Assembly (NCBI GenBank): GCA_000165425.1
Contig: CT868007.1
Span: 124,001-188,000, forward strand
Length of the DNA stretch: 64,000 bases
Source of the DNA: Paramecium tetraurelia
Taxonomy: Eukaryota
Direction of reading: 5' to 3'
The notes under the pieces are model-generated. The model was given only the letters and a program-made list of their open reading frames with translations. It searched no databases and was not told the origin of the DNA. Every line of letters begins with the position of its first letter. Within the stretch, counting starts at the first letter, position 1. Shown piece after piece: positions 27,852 to 42,500 of this stretch. The translations under genes and the position numbers were made by a program.

Positions 27852-29840
27852 ATGAATAAATTTATAAGGAAAAACTCTTTAAATTAATAATCGTTGAAAG
27901 AATAAGAAACAAAAAGGTTGAAACAGTTCATTCTATAAATTGAATAACAGCCATCCTTATATGACTCATTGACAGAGGAATAAATTTTTGGGATTTTGTG
28001 TATTATTCTTACTAAATCATCCTATCACAGAACTTAATCAGAAATAGAAATCCTCAAAAAAGCAACCAAACATATTGTTTATTTTCAGAAATTATTAGAA
28101 AAAGATTAAGGAGTTTTACTGTGGGAAAGGTGTCTCAGAAAGATGAGTTATACTTATTTATCGTATGGTTAGACATTATTTCATGAAGGTAATGCATTTT
28201 AATTATAAAATAGGGGATGTTGGAACAACATTTTATATAATATTACAAGGAAGAGTCAGTATACACAAAAGAATTTTAGTTTAAGATGATTTTTAAGATA
28301 AGGAATTAATATAGTTATAAGATGGGTAAGCTTTTGGAGAATTAGCTTTAGAGAATAATGAGCCAAGATCAGCTTCTGTCAAAGCAATCCTTCCAACTCA
28401 TTTGGCAGTGTTAGAAGCTGAAGATTATATGGTAATTAAGAAAACAGTGGTATATTATTGATATTGAATTTAAGATTAATTAATAAAGACAAATGTACTT
28501 TGAAGAATTTGCAAAATTAACTATTTTCAAAAGTTGGAAATTTATGAGCATAAAATCATTATTTGATGTAATAAAATAAAATAAATACGGGCTTAATCAT
28601 ATAATTTATAAAGAAGGAGACCCTTCAAACGATGTTTATTTTATTTCAACTGGATAATTTAAAGTAATTCTTTTCTCACTCAACTCTCTAGGTGATTAAA
28701 ACTCTTCGTATAAAAAAGAAAGTCTAAGATAATTAAATTGAAGATGATTTAGAGCTCCTTAAAGATTATTTTGCTTATACAAAACCAGTTCTATCGAATT
28801 AGGACAAAATAGATATGCTTTATTAAAAAAAGAAATATGGAAACTTGATTGCAGGAGATAAAAAATCAATCATGACGTTAAAGTTTGTTGGGGCTGGAGA
28901 AATGTTTGGGGAACTTGAAATCTTAAAGTCGAATGACCTTTGTCGCCAATTTAGTTATGTTTCCACTTTTGAAAGTAATACTGTATATTCAGTTTCAAAA
29001 AGAGATTTTTTAAGAGTTCTACAAAATGATTAGCCTCTTTATGAAAGTTTAAATGTTTTGAATGACGATAAATTAAAGTAAGCACTTGGACAGATTAAAG
29101 CATATGAGAAAAACTTTATTGATTAAACTGAAAAATAAAATATCCTTTAAAGAACCTAAATAAAAGAATAACTCAATCCTAAACTCTTAACTGATGACGA
29201 CATCGAAAAGAATGTACTCGTGAAAAACTAAAGTTTATTATGTAAAATTAGCAGCAAAAAAAAATCTATAGATAAAAAAATAAGAGAGCTAACCTTGACT
29301 CTTGAGCCTCCTAAAAATGAATCTGATTCTACCACTTTACTTTCTCAACTCTATCTTTCTGAAAGACATAGAAGATAAAAGACTGAACAACAAATTGTTT
29401 TAATCTCAAAAAAAACACCTTTAATGAAAAAAAGATCATTTGAAACTAGAATTAAATGTGTAAATACTACCTAACCTTAGGACATACCAAAATTAAATGT
29501 CTTTATATGCACAGTTATTACTAAATTGTTTAAAAATTAATAATTAAAAACAGAAAAAACTGAAGAGGACTTATTAAATTATAAATTATAAAAGTCTAAC
29601 TATAATGAAATAAAGAAGAACCTTGAAATTCTCTCAGATAGCCCAAGATTAATTTAAAAAAAGACTGGAAGTGAAAGCACTCTAAGCAAAAGAATTCATT
29701 CCACAACATCAAGATAATAGACTAGTCCAGTTACATCAAGATTCAAACAGATTGATAAAATTACTCCAATTTCATTTAAGACTTAGCTTCCATTTGTTCT
29801 ATAAAATAAATACTTTGGTTTAACATCTAAAGAACAATGA
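27852..29840 (+). CDS. Cyclic nucleotide-binding domain protein (two CNB domains)
   Basis: LFHEGDVGTTFYIILQG...GQAFGELAL.NNEPRSASV. Second domain IYKEGDPSNDVYFI...GEMFGELE. TGA 29838-29840. Confidence 0.85.
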
Positions 29841-29911
29841 TTTTTTTATAAATTGACAATCACTAGTTCAATAATTTAAATCATGATATATACATAATCC
29901 AAACCCTAAGT

Positions 29912-30313
29912 TCACTTAAATCCATGAAAATCTGATTGATTAACTATTTTCCACATTGACTTTTCTTACTTTATTGTAAATTGTTTAGAGGCAATGGATT
30001 ACAAAGACATTCTTTTTTTGGTGACGCTACTTAACAGTTTATTATAATAAGCCGGGTTTTACAAATAAGATGATATTGTATTCTTTTTAACATATTTTGC
30101 AGATCGAAGGTTAAGTTTAGCAGTTGAGAGTATTTATGTTTCTAAGTAATTATGAAGCTATATATTTTCTTTCATTAATTAATTTTTGCCCTTATTTTAT
30201 GCCAAACTGAAAGATCTACATCGTATTTCTTGCATGAGATTTTTTGATTCATTCTTTAAGCTATCACATCTTCTCATTATTAATTGGGTTTATCTGTTAA
30301 AACATTCTTTCAT
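29912..30313 (-). CDS. Hypothetical small basic protein
   Basis: 402-nt span from ATG 30313 (MKECFNRQTQL...) to an in-register TGA (...VNQSDFHGFK*). Confidence 0.55.
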
Positions 30314-30599
30314 AAATTAAATTATATACGAGTAAATACAAACAATAATTCAATTATTAATGAGATTAATTAAAAACTAAATTTACATTCTTCTGTTTCT
30401 ATAAAAATGGTTCATTTTATGCTTTAAGTTAATAGAACCAATCTCATCTCAATTTTAATTTAATTATCAAAATTTTGCTCTTATAAAGATTAATTTGTAT
30501 CGAAACATATAATTTAACATAATTTTATTTTAATATTCGATACCACTTTAACTAAAAATAATTATTATAAAAATGATTAGTCAATTTTAAACATTATTT

Positions 30600-31540
30600 T
30601 CAAAAAAAATTCCTTCTCAATTCGATGCTTTTATTGTTAATCCCTGATTAACTCCTCCACTAGTTCTTCAGTTTCCTCAGTTATGATTTTCATTTTCTCA
30701 TTTTTTTGATTGTTTTTAATTTTTGTTTGGAAGATATTGCGAATTGAGTAATTTCGTATTTCATTAGATCCGCTTTGTTAGCATTCCCAGAATGATAAAT
30801 AGAGTGAAGCTTCTCTAAAAACTTTGAGTTGTGTTTTAAAACCAAACCTAATATATTTATAAGTGAAATTACTTTTTATTTCCTCCTTTTAACTCTGATT
30901 TATTAAATTCGTAGATTAAACAGGATTTTTAAAAAACATCATAATAAAATAATTACATAATATACTATGCATAACTCTAAATAGAAAAGCTAAAGCTAAA
31001 TACAATTAATTTATTGAAATAACTTAATAGTGAATATTATTTCTTTCGATTCTTCAAATTAATGCGTAATTACTATTCATACATGTGTCTATTTCGAATT
31101 AACATAAAATTTAATTTATCAATCAATTTTTTTCTTCCTTTTTATCTTATCCAATTGTCCTCTGATTGATGCTTTTAGATTAGAAATTTATTATAATTTG
31201 GCATGATATTGAGGCACCATAGAAAAGATTTTTTATATGTATTGAATTTCATCTTGTTATTTTTCTTTTTTTATGAATTCAAGTATCATCCAATATTTAC
31301 GCCTATTTCAATCTTTTTTAACTATATATAATACATAGATTCTTCACTCTATTATCTTAAAGTTAGTATTCTTTGCTCATCTAATTAGACTAATACTAAC
31401 TTAAAATCTTCAAAATTCTTAATTTGCTCAATGTCTATGATGGATTATTTTGTTATATTATTTTCCAAAGTTTGGCTTTCTTCTTCTTCATCTTGCTCAT
31501 TAAATTCACCTTCATGTTCAATTGCTTTATTCATCAGCAT
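30600..31540 (-). CDS. Hypothetical protein (3' end approximate)
   Basis: ATG 31540 (MLMNKAIEHEGEFNEQDEEEES...), short introns. The stop is unclear near an A8 run at ~30602. Confidence 0.45.
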
Positions 31541-31860
31541 ATTCTTATAATATATAGATCAGATAATAAAAAAAAAATATTTAATTGATTCACATTTAAT
31601 CGATTTATTGACTGAGAATATTGAGTTTATCAGTATTCCTTTGCAGATAAACAATTCATTATGATTTAGGATGAATAGTCTCTTGAATAAGCGTAAATAA
31701 GGTATATAGAAATAATCAATAATGAATTAAAATGAAATATAACATAAAGTGCATTATCTTTAAATTAATACATTAATTTTCTCTAAATCTTATTTTAACT
31801 TTAATAAATCAACTTAATTAACATCACATAAAAATATTTCATCAAGTTACAAGTTATAAA

Positions 31861-32010
31861 NNNNNNNNNNNNNNNNNNNNNNNNNNNNNNNNNNNNNNNN
31901 NNNNNNNNNNNNNNNNNNNNNNNNNNNNNNNNNNNNNNNNNNNNNNNNNNNNNNNNNNNNNNNNNNNNNNNNNNNNNNNNNNNNNNNNNNNNNNNNNNNN
32001 NNNNNNNNNN
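31861..32010. other. Assembly gap (150 N)
   Basis: Run of N. Confidence 0.99.
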
Positions 32011-33212
32011 GCGCTTAGATGATTAACTTAATTTAAATATTAATACAATACACTTTACTTATAATTACAAGCAAATGAAGGTGTGTTGAAGGGGTTTTCT
32101 AAAATTATATCAGACTTTACCATATTCTAAAAATAATTTAAAATTACATTAAAACATAAAGAATTTATAATTTAAATGTTTTCTTCATCAAATCATATAG
32201 AAAAATATTATATACTTTGAGATTCTAATTTTAATTACAATAAAACTAAAATTTTCTTTTTTACATACTTCAATTAATCTTTAAATTTAAAGAACTTCCT
32301 CTAACTACAAAATTATCAATATTTATATTCAAGTATATTAAATATTCTTGATATTCTAAAGGATTATATATCATTAGATAACGAATAAAAACAGATAGAA
32401 TATAGGCTATGGCAATGTTATTTACCCTAATTTATTTAACTAGAGTTATAAATAGGAAAATGAATTTTTCATACTTATAGAAAAGTATTCCAATAAATCG
32501 ATTAAGCATTTTCAGAACACATCTGTATTTCTTAATTTAAACATAATTGAAATACGAAAAATAATTTGGAAATGCTTTATAGTATTAAATGCATTGAATT
32601 TATAAATTTTCGATCTATGCTTTATATATTAAAAATAAATATTTTTACAGATTAACATATTTATATAGTGACATTCAAAAGATTTGCATAAATAGTGTAA
32701 ATTAAGATCAAAGTTTGATTTAAAATATGTAATTTATGATTTTAATCAAAGAAGATTATTTAAGATAAAGGTCTCATACAACATAAAAAGAAAGAATAAT
32801 TTAAAGATTTTAAAATCTAATACCAAAGAAACAATTAAGAAAACCCAATTTTGAAATCCCAAAATCGATTGGATATTCCTAGCGAAAATTATAAATTATA
32901 TCGCATTATCTTCCATTTTCAAAACTATTGAATATTATTCTAATATTCTCAAAATTTGAGTTTATTAAAAATTTATGAAAATTGAATCACCTTAACTCAA
33001 AACACAGGTTTGATCTCTAAATCAAAATGGCATAATATTCAAAATTTCTTTATAAGATTACCATCTAAATGAATATAGATTAAGAAAATGTAGTATTTCA
33101 TCTCATAAATTCATATTATTATGACATAATATTTAATTTGTATTTGGATCCAAATCTTAAAATAAATTATCTTAAAATAATATTTATATATTCTAATACC
33201 ACTCTAAAATAC

Positions 33213-33722
33213 ATGTCACAAACAGATAGCACTAAAACATCAGGATAAAAAGTCAAAAAATAACTTATTAGTCCTTTAAAAGAAGCACTTTCATAATTAA
33301 AGAAATCATATAAATTTTTTATCCCTAATGAACAAGATGTAATACTTGTTCATGTAGATCTACAATGTCATATTGAATTGTTAGAAGCTACTTCTAGAGC
33401 ACTCAAACTTGTACCAAAACCCAACCCAGTAGATTACAATCCCAATAACTATGATATTTATGTTGCCAAGAAAAATGGCCATCCTAAAATGGACTTTCCC
33501 TCATACCAAACAAACTTAAGACTTGAAGAAACAGGAAATTTCGTATTTTCCTTAGTTCATGTAACATATTAAGAAAAAAATGTCAGAAAATCAATCAGAA
33601 AATCCACTTATGACCTTTCACACTATCAAAGTCCAACGAAACCTTCAAAATCAAAAGAAATAAATCTAAACATACTTAAACCAGAAACAAACTGGCTACT
33701 TCGATTTTTAGGATGTGCATGA
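33213..33722 (+). CDS. Small protein with SIN1 CRIM-like (ubiquitin-fold) domain
   Basis: Intronless 169-aa frame. NPNNYDIYVAKKNGHPKMDFPSYQTNLRLEETGNFVFSLVH resembles the CRIM core Y.L...dGe.d.DFP.Ld...F.Lv. Ends WLLRFLGCA*. Confidence 0.7.
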
Positions 33723-34449
33723 TTCTCTATATGTTTATTGCTAATTTTTCACAAGTATATTAGTAATCATTCTTAAAATATTCTAAATTTATTGTTATTT
33801 TTTTTTATTTTCATAATCTCAGCATAGTGATTGAATTAGTTTAAAAATCTGAAACACGAATTAATTCTTAATGGGTATACATTTAAATACTCATTTACAA
33901 CTAAAAAGATGTTTAAAATTAATAACATTTATAAATAATTAAAGGATTTATTCCTAATAAGAAAATGTTAAAATAGATTTAAGTGAAAATCTTATGATTA
34001 TTTCGATACAGCTTATTGATTAGAATATTAAATTTCATATTTCTTTAATATGGTTTAGAATCATTACAATATTGAAATCTAAATTAATCTATCAGCCTCA
34101 AATTTGAGATTTTGAAATTTTCTTTAGTTTTCTTGTTATGATATATGATGCACCACATTAGGTTTTTATTGTTTCTCTATTAACAACAGAAGGTTTATCT
34201 TCACTCCAATAGCAATACCTAAGGTTATTCTGATGATTACATCCTTCAATTCACCCTCTAAAATTTACATCGTTGAATCCCTTAGCGCAAAGACTTTTTG
34301 AATATTCAAATTTAACTATAAATTTTTGTTTTCATTATCATACAACATTTGATTTTAATGTTTACTATGATTGAATTAATAAAGAATTAATTTTCAATTT
34401 TTAGATAAATTAATAATTGTTTTATATACATCTTTACAATTTTCATAAT

Positions 34450-34599
34450 NNNNNNNNNNNNNNNNNNNNNNNNNNNNNNNNNNNNNNNNNNNNNNNNNNN
34501 NNNNNNNNNNNNNNNNNNNNNNNNNNNNNNNNNNNNNNNNNNNNNNNNNNNNNNNNNNNNNNNNNNNNNNNNNNNNNNNNNNNNNNNNNNNNNNNNNNN
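34450..34599. other. Assembly gap (150 N)
   Basis: Run of N. Confidence 0.99.
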
Positions 34600-34686
34600 A
34601 AACAATCCTCTAAAATATGTCAATCATAAAATTATTAAAATACTACAATGATTATATTATTAATTAATATTAGAGATATATTTTGA

Positions 34687-37600
34687 ATGAAAAATTTAGA
34701 AAATTAATACAAACAGGAATATCCTAATTTAATTTCATGCTTTAAAAGAAACACATATCAACTACCCTTAATAAAAGCAGATTTACAAGACAAAATAGAT
34801 GAATAATTTGATTAAGTGCAAATAGAAAATGAATACACAATTGATACAAATCTGCAGATTGAATAAGCAGAAATCTTTAAATGCTTTAATCCTGAAGCTC
34901 TTAATGAAGCATTGTTTTAAAATGCCACAATCTTAAGAAAATTCGGCAGAATAAGATCCTTGATATCTCGAGGCTAGTATTTGGCAGTAGGAAGTAATTT
35001 GGGCGCAGTGCTTAATTTTTATATTGGGGCTGATCCTCCCAATAAATCGTATACAGAAATGAAAAGTCAATTGCTTTATGCTGCAGAAATATGTTAGACA
35101 GAACATGGTAGTGTAAACTAATTAAGTTTTAATCTATCTTAATCACAACTCGCTGTTGGTTTTGACAACGGAGTCATAGGAATATATGATTTGATTAATA
35201 TGAAACATTTGAAATGGGTTAAAGTACACCAGATTAGAATAGTTTCGTTGGGATATGTTAATGAAAACACATTTGTTTCAGGCGATGAATAAGGCAATTG
35301 TTTCATAACTAGATGTGCTAAAGGAAGAATATTTTATGATTTGGACTCCCAATTCATTGTAAAGTCACAACCAATGTCCATTATTAGGTCAATTCCTGTC
35401 AAATGCAAACCATTATTTAATTTTCCTGAATATACTATTGTTGCTTTAGGTAATGGATACAAATGTTGGGTCTTAAGGATTCAAGATTCTAATGTCACTC
35501 AATTCACTATATTGGCAGATTTCTAAAATGATGCCCCTGAAAATAATTAATGCATATTAGAATGGGATATTCTTAAACTTGAAGATAAAGATAGATTAGT
35601 ATTAGGAATTTCTTGGACCAATTAAACGAAATCTTTTATATTTTAAGGATCCGAATATGTGGAAGGTAAAATTAGAGCGAATTTTAAGTTATTGAAAGAA
35701 ATCAAGATGCCTGCTAATGTAAAATTTCTTCACATTATTAGTTTATATATATGAATTCTATTTATAATGATTTAGTGTTGTTATTAACCGAAAAGGGGGC
35801 AGTGTATACAAGCAACTTTACTAATTATAAGACTTAGAAAATTATGTAAATGTAATAGTTTGAGCCCTTGCCTCTTATGTATTGGAAAGATAATAAATAT
35901 GAGAGTTAATTTAATGTATGTATATCGAACAATGAAATCCTCTAAGAAATCTATATTTTAACAAGTCAAAATGTTACAGTATTAAAATACTATAAATTTG
36001 AAGATAAGATAAGACATTTTATGGAAAATTAATAATTTTTATTATGTTTTTAGTTGATATTATGCATACACAAAAAGGTTTTTATGGAATTCGATAGATC
36101 GAAGCTACTATTATTTGTGTAATAGATCATTGATTTGTATAGCAAACAGATAGCCAAATTGTAAATTAGTGGCAAAACAGAAGAAGCATAGAAAAGAGGA
36201 ATTTCTTTAGTTAAATTCATAATTGATATCGGAGCTGAACAATACTTAAATTCTATATGTGATTTGCTTTCAAAAACATTGAATGATGATTCAAAATTCT
36301 TTTTGAGTATTGTCGAATCCTTTATTATTAATAAATAGTTCAAATTCATTCCAGATGAAATTTTATTAAAGCTTATTTCTTTGCTAAAAGGACAGAAAGC
36401 AAAGGTCTTCTTGCTCCTCAATTAATTAGATCTAAATAGAGTTAATTACTCAATTTATTTATAAGCTTGTTTGGAGAGCTAATTATTTTCTCCTATGATT
36501 TATTTATGTACTCATTCAGCTAAGAATGAATTTTTAACTCCATTATTTTAGATATGGAACTATAGCATGAAGCAATCATAATTAGAAAACTTTGAAGAAG
36601 AAATCTTAAGTGTTAGGAAAGTGATTTCATTTATAGAATATATTCTCTAGGGGAAATTATAGGATGGTTAATAAATACCTATAGTTACTTTGAAAGTAAG
36701 AAAATTTGAACAATTATGTAGAGCACGATTGATATGATGATTGTATGGATTTTTGAAGAAAATAATCTAAGGAGAATGATATGGGTAGATCCCTATGGGG
36801 CATTTTATATCTTGTATTAAATTATGTCAACTACAAAATTATATTAAATTGAGTTAGAACATTCCAAAAATATGTATTAATTTGATATATTAAAGGAATG
36901 TGATTTAAAAAGTAATGAAAATGTTTATGAATCCCACATACCGCTGGAAATTTTAATAATAAGAATTTGAAGTTCAATAGTAGTTTAATGATATAAGCGG
37001 ATACGAAAATTACGATGTTCAAACTGCCTATTCATTTTTTATCATTAAGTTAATCTTTATTTTAAAATTTGAAGTGGAATTTGATATAATGATGGATATA
37101 CTGATGTTTTGCACATTTAATAAGTCGTTCCTTTTCTATATTGATTATAGATCATATGCGGAAGTGATAGACAAAAATGAATTAGCTTAATTAGAATAAC
37201 ATCAAAGTCATTCAGAGATTATCGAGTATTTTCAGTAAAGATTGATGCTTAAGTTGGTCGATATTTTAGTTAATAAAATCTAAACACCAAAACATAAAGA
37301 GTAGATAGAAATTTTAAACGGATTTACGGATCTAAAGTAAATACCTTTGATTTAAGCATATCTCTACTATTATCTAGGGGAGTATCAAACGCCTGTATCT
37401 ATTTATTTGAGATCAAATAATATTTTAGTATAAAAGTAAGTATTCAAATATTTGTATGATACTCTAATTTTGATGGTATAGATTATTATCTATTAAAGCA
37501 TGGCAAAGAAACATATGCATAACTAAATGGGATTATTGTATCAAAATTGCAAGATCTGCTACATTTAGATATCTAAAGGACTAGGGAATTGATCTGTTAA

Positions 37601-38829
37601 TTTTAAAAAGATAATGAACTCTTAGTTATAGAGAAATTAGGCCAGAATAAAAAGTTATAATTAAAGTACATTGAAACAGTAATTAACAAGGATATGAATT
37701 CAGAATTTGGTTTGAGTAATATACTTTTGATTAAGCATATTGAAGTATCTTCATTATTTGTTATAATATTAATAGCTTTTGTGCGAGTTGGAACCAGAAA
37801 GAGTATTAATATAATTGTAGAAAATTCATTACCCTTTGGAAGAGGTCTTGGAAATTTGTAAGAAATTTTAGAACATTGAATCATCTGCTTATGTGTATTG
37901 TAGATTAGGATTTATTGGAGATGCAGTATAATTGTAAATTGTGATTTTAAAAAATTTGATATCTAAAGTAGTTGCTAAATAGAGGAATGTTGATAATGTT
38001 GAATAACGTGAGTATGATGAAATAGAAAAAAAAATGAATGAGATTTCAGAAATATGTCAATTCCATTCAGACAACCCAGAAAAAAGTTGGTATTATTTTT
38101 TAGATAATCTAATCGAGTTAAATAATTAGATTGCAGAAGTTAAATTGAATAAAATTTTGGTGAAAAAAATTGGACAACTATTTGAAGTAATCAGTTATTA
38201 TATATAATAGGATATATCAACTCATACTCCTTTAGATTTGTTTGAATAACAATTAGGTACTAAATATAGCAGCATAAATATTAAGGAATATAAAGGGAAC
38301 TTTATTAAGATGGTTAATACTTTCTCTTATCAACACTATTTCATTTAAAATGCAAAATTTATGATTCAACGCTTTTTTAATTTGGAATCACAGAACTTTT
38401 TGAGATCTCATCTCCAAGGATATTTTACTATGAATTATTGTGATATTTGCAATGAGTAAATTGAGAATAAAGGATACAAGTATTTGTGTGGCCATTTTAT
38501 TCATGTTGAATGTAAATAGAAAGATCATTAGATATGTTCAAAATGTTTATAATCAGAAAGGTTCTTTTTGGAATACACTAGTCAAAAGTAAAAGTTGAAA
38601 ATTAGTAGGATGAAAAATGATGAATAAATTAAATAAGCTGATCCTAAACATTTAAGTAAATAAATTCAATTATAAAACAGATCCTTAAACATAAAGATAG
38701 AAAGATGAGAAGTAAGAAACAATAATGAACAATTCAGCTAAACTTTCTTTATTTGATATAAAAAGGGATTAGAAATATGATTTGAGAATGGAATAAGATA
38801 TTAATAAATTAATGAGAGAGAATATTTGA
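34687..38829 (+). CDS. VPS8: Vacuolar protein sorting 8-like (CORVET subunit)
   Basis: N-terminal WD40 (YLAVGSNLG, QLAVGFDNGVIGIYDL, FVSGDEQG), a solenoid with FLSIVESFII...LFSPMIYL, and a C-terminal RING-H2 CDIC...CGHFIHVEC...CSKC. Confidence 0.75.
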
Positions 38830-38865
38830 TTATTAAATATTTAAATTATATATTATAAATTCAAT

Positions 38866-40626
<1,761 letters not shown>

Positions 40627-40664
40627 AATTTAATAAATTTAATTATAATTAAAAAAAATACTTA

Positions 40665-41829
40665 TCAATTATTATTTGTTTTTTTAGATTGAACTAATCT
40701 TTTAAGTTCCTTTATTTTATTTAAAGTATCTTCCGATTATGATATACATTTATTACCCCTATCTTTAACCCAAGTTTCTTTTTCTATTTTCTCAACTTAT
40801 TTTGTTAAATTTGATATTTTATTGTTGTGAATTTCGTGAAGTTTATTTAAATTATCCTCTTCACAAAATTTATCTAATCTTATTGTGGATTAAATCTAAT
40901 TCATATTTATGTCCATTTTTTATTCTTAAAATTATTTAATAATATTTTGAATCCCATTAAAGACTTTATAGGACTGATCCAATTATGGTTTACGATCTAA
41001 TTTTCTTTCTTTGCTTAAATATTATGGAGAGATCTAATTCTTACAGTTTTCTTAAATAATATATTAATTTACAGAGCTATTAGATTAATTTTAAAGAAAA
41101 GTCTCTTTCAGATTTCAATTGTGACGATACTTGATCGATGGTCGGCAAGATAGAATCAATGAATAGGCAATTTTCTTTTAGTAATTTCTTTAATTTCTTT
41201 ACTTAAAGTAAGATTTAATGTCCAATTAGACCAGTCAATATTTTAATTATTTGTATTGGTATGTTTAGATTCTATAAGTTTTCAAATTGATAATTTGATA
41301 TTATAAACATATCATTACAATCGTTAATACAGGGTCTATCTTCAATCAACAATCTTTTAGGGTCCAAATAAAAGGTTTTCAATTACTTGGTAGGAAATAA
41401 ATTTAGGAATTATGCCCTTAAAGCAAATTCACTGATATATCGAAGAAAAATAAAGATTCTTTAATCCATCATAACTTTGGTTATTAAAAAGTTCTTTGGT
41501 ATTTTATTAGAATTCTTTAAAAATTTAGCAATTTCCTACTTATAAACTGATTATTCAATCTAAGTTCTAGGAGGGTACCTTTTTATAATTCATTTGATAA
41601 ATTACAAAGTCTTGAATGAATTGATAAATGAGTCATCATCAAACAATTTAGATACGAAGAAGTGAATAATGCTGATTGTTAATTTAGGATGTGCCTTCAT
41701 ATTTTCAATTGTTAACTATTCAATGTTTAATCGAAAAGTAGTATTTGCTTCTTTGATATCATAATTCAATAATCTAAGATTATTAACAATTAATTCTTGG
41801 TCTGTAGGATGATCTTTAAAATAATGCAT
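40665..41829 (-). CDS. Putative HAUS6 (augmin subunit 6) N-terminal domain protein
   Basis: IVNNLRLLNYD...IIHFFVSKLFDD...FKTLYPPRTQIEQSVYKQEIAKFL...FLRYISEFALR resembles HAUS6_N. Coiled-coil tail. Confidence 0.55.
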
Positions 41830-41891
41830 TTTAAATTCGAATTTGAATAATTTATTTATACTTATTTATTTCTTAAAAAATAAACTCTAAT

Positions 41892-42419
41892 TCATTCTTT
41901 CAACCATTTATTTTCCATAGAAATTCTCTCTAATTGTTCCTTACTTTAATCCTATTAAATATTAAACATTTATCGGATTGCTCCTGTGTCCATGTCTATA
42001 TAATTTAGAATCATTTCTTACATTATAATTTATTGGCTAAGGATGCACATGTGATTTTCATCAATTAATTGTATTGTAAATGATTGCAGGTTTGGATTAA
42101 CTATTATTATTTATTTAAGCATAGTTTTTCAAGCATCTGATAATCCTTTTTGTCGATAAAATTTTAGAAGTTAGATTATTTGTTTAGTGGTGCCTTGATT
42201 TCTATTTCCTTTTCATGTTTATGGTTCTCATAGAAGGCAAAGACTATTTCCAAAATATCAAAAGGAAAATCAATAATTATTTCACCGTTCTCTGATTTGT
42301 CATAAGCCTCTTTCAAAATAGGAGATTCAAGGATTATGCTTTTATCTACCTGAATACAAGCAATTTAATACATATAGATTTTCATTAGCCAAAGTGGTTA
42401 TTTTAATTTTGCTATCCAT
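41892..42419 (-). CDS. SKP1: Divergent SKP1 family protein
   Basis: KIKITTLANENLYVDKSIILESPILK...ILEIVFAFYENHK...LIQTCNHLQYNQLMKITCASLANKL...AIRQMFNIQQD...ENKWLKE*. Two introns. Confidence 0.82.
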
Positions 42420-42500
42420 CTGATTTTTAATAATTTATATTAATTTAATTAATAAATTTAGAGTATATTTTGAATTGAGTAAAAAAACAAAACAGAATCA

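Noticed and set aside
29895..33430. Scattered CCAAACCC/AAACCC motifs as possible telomeric repeats
   Set aside because: Isolated copies only, with no tandem C3A3/C4A2 array.
33870..34350. Minus-strand open frame before the third gap
   Set aside because: No recognisable motif or clear gene boundaries.
36050..37884. Minus-strand track ORFs (123, 63 and 93 aa)
   Set aside because: They lie antisense to the VPS8-like gene and have no motifs.
40665..42419. Apparent SKP1 fusion to a long C-terminal domain
   Set aside because: A 26-nt intron near 42000 restores the normal SKP1 C-terminus with TGA at 41892. The downstream part is a separate gene.
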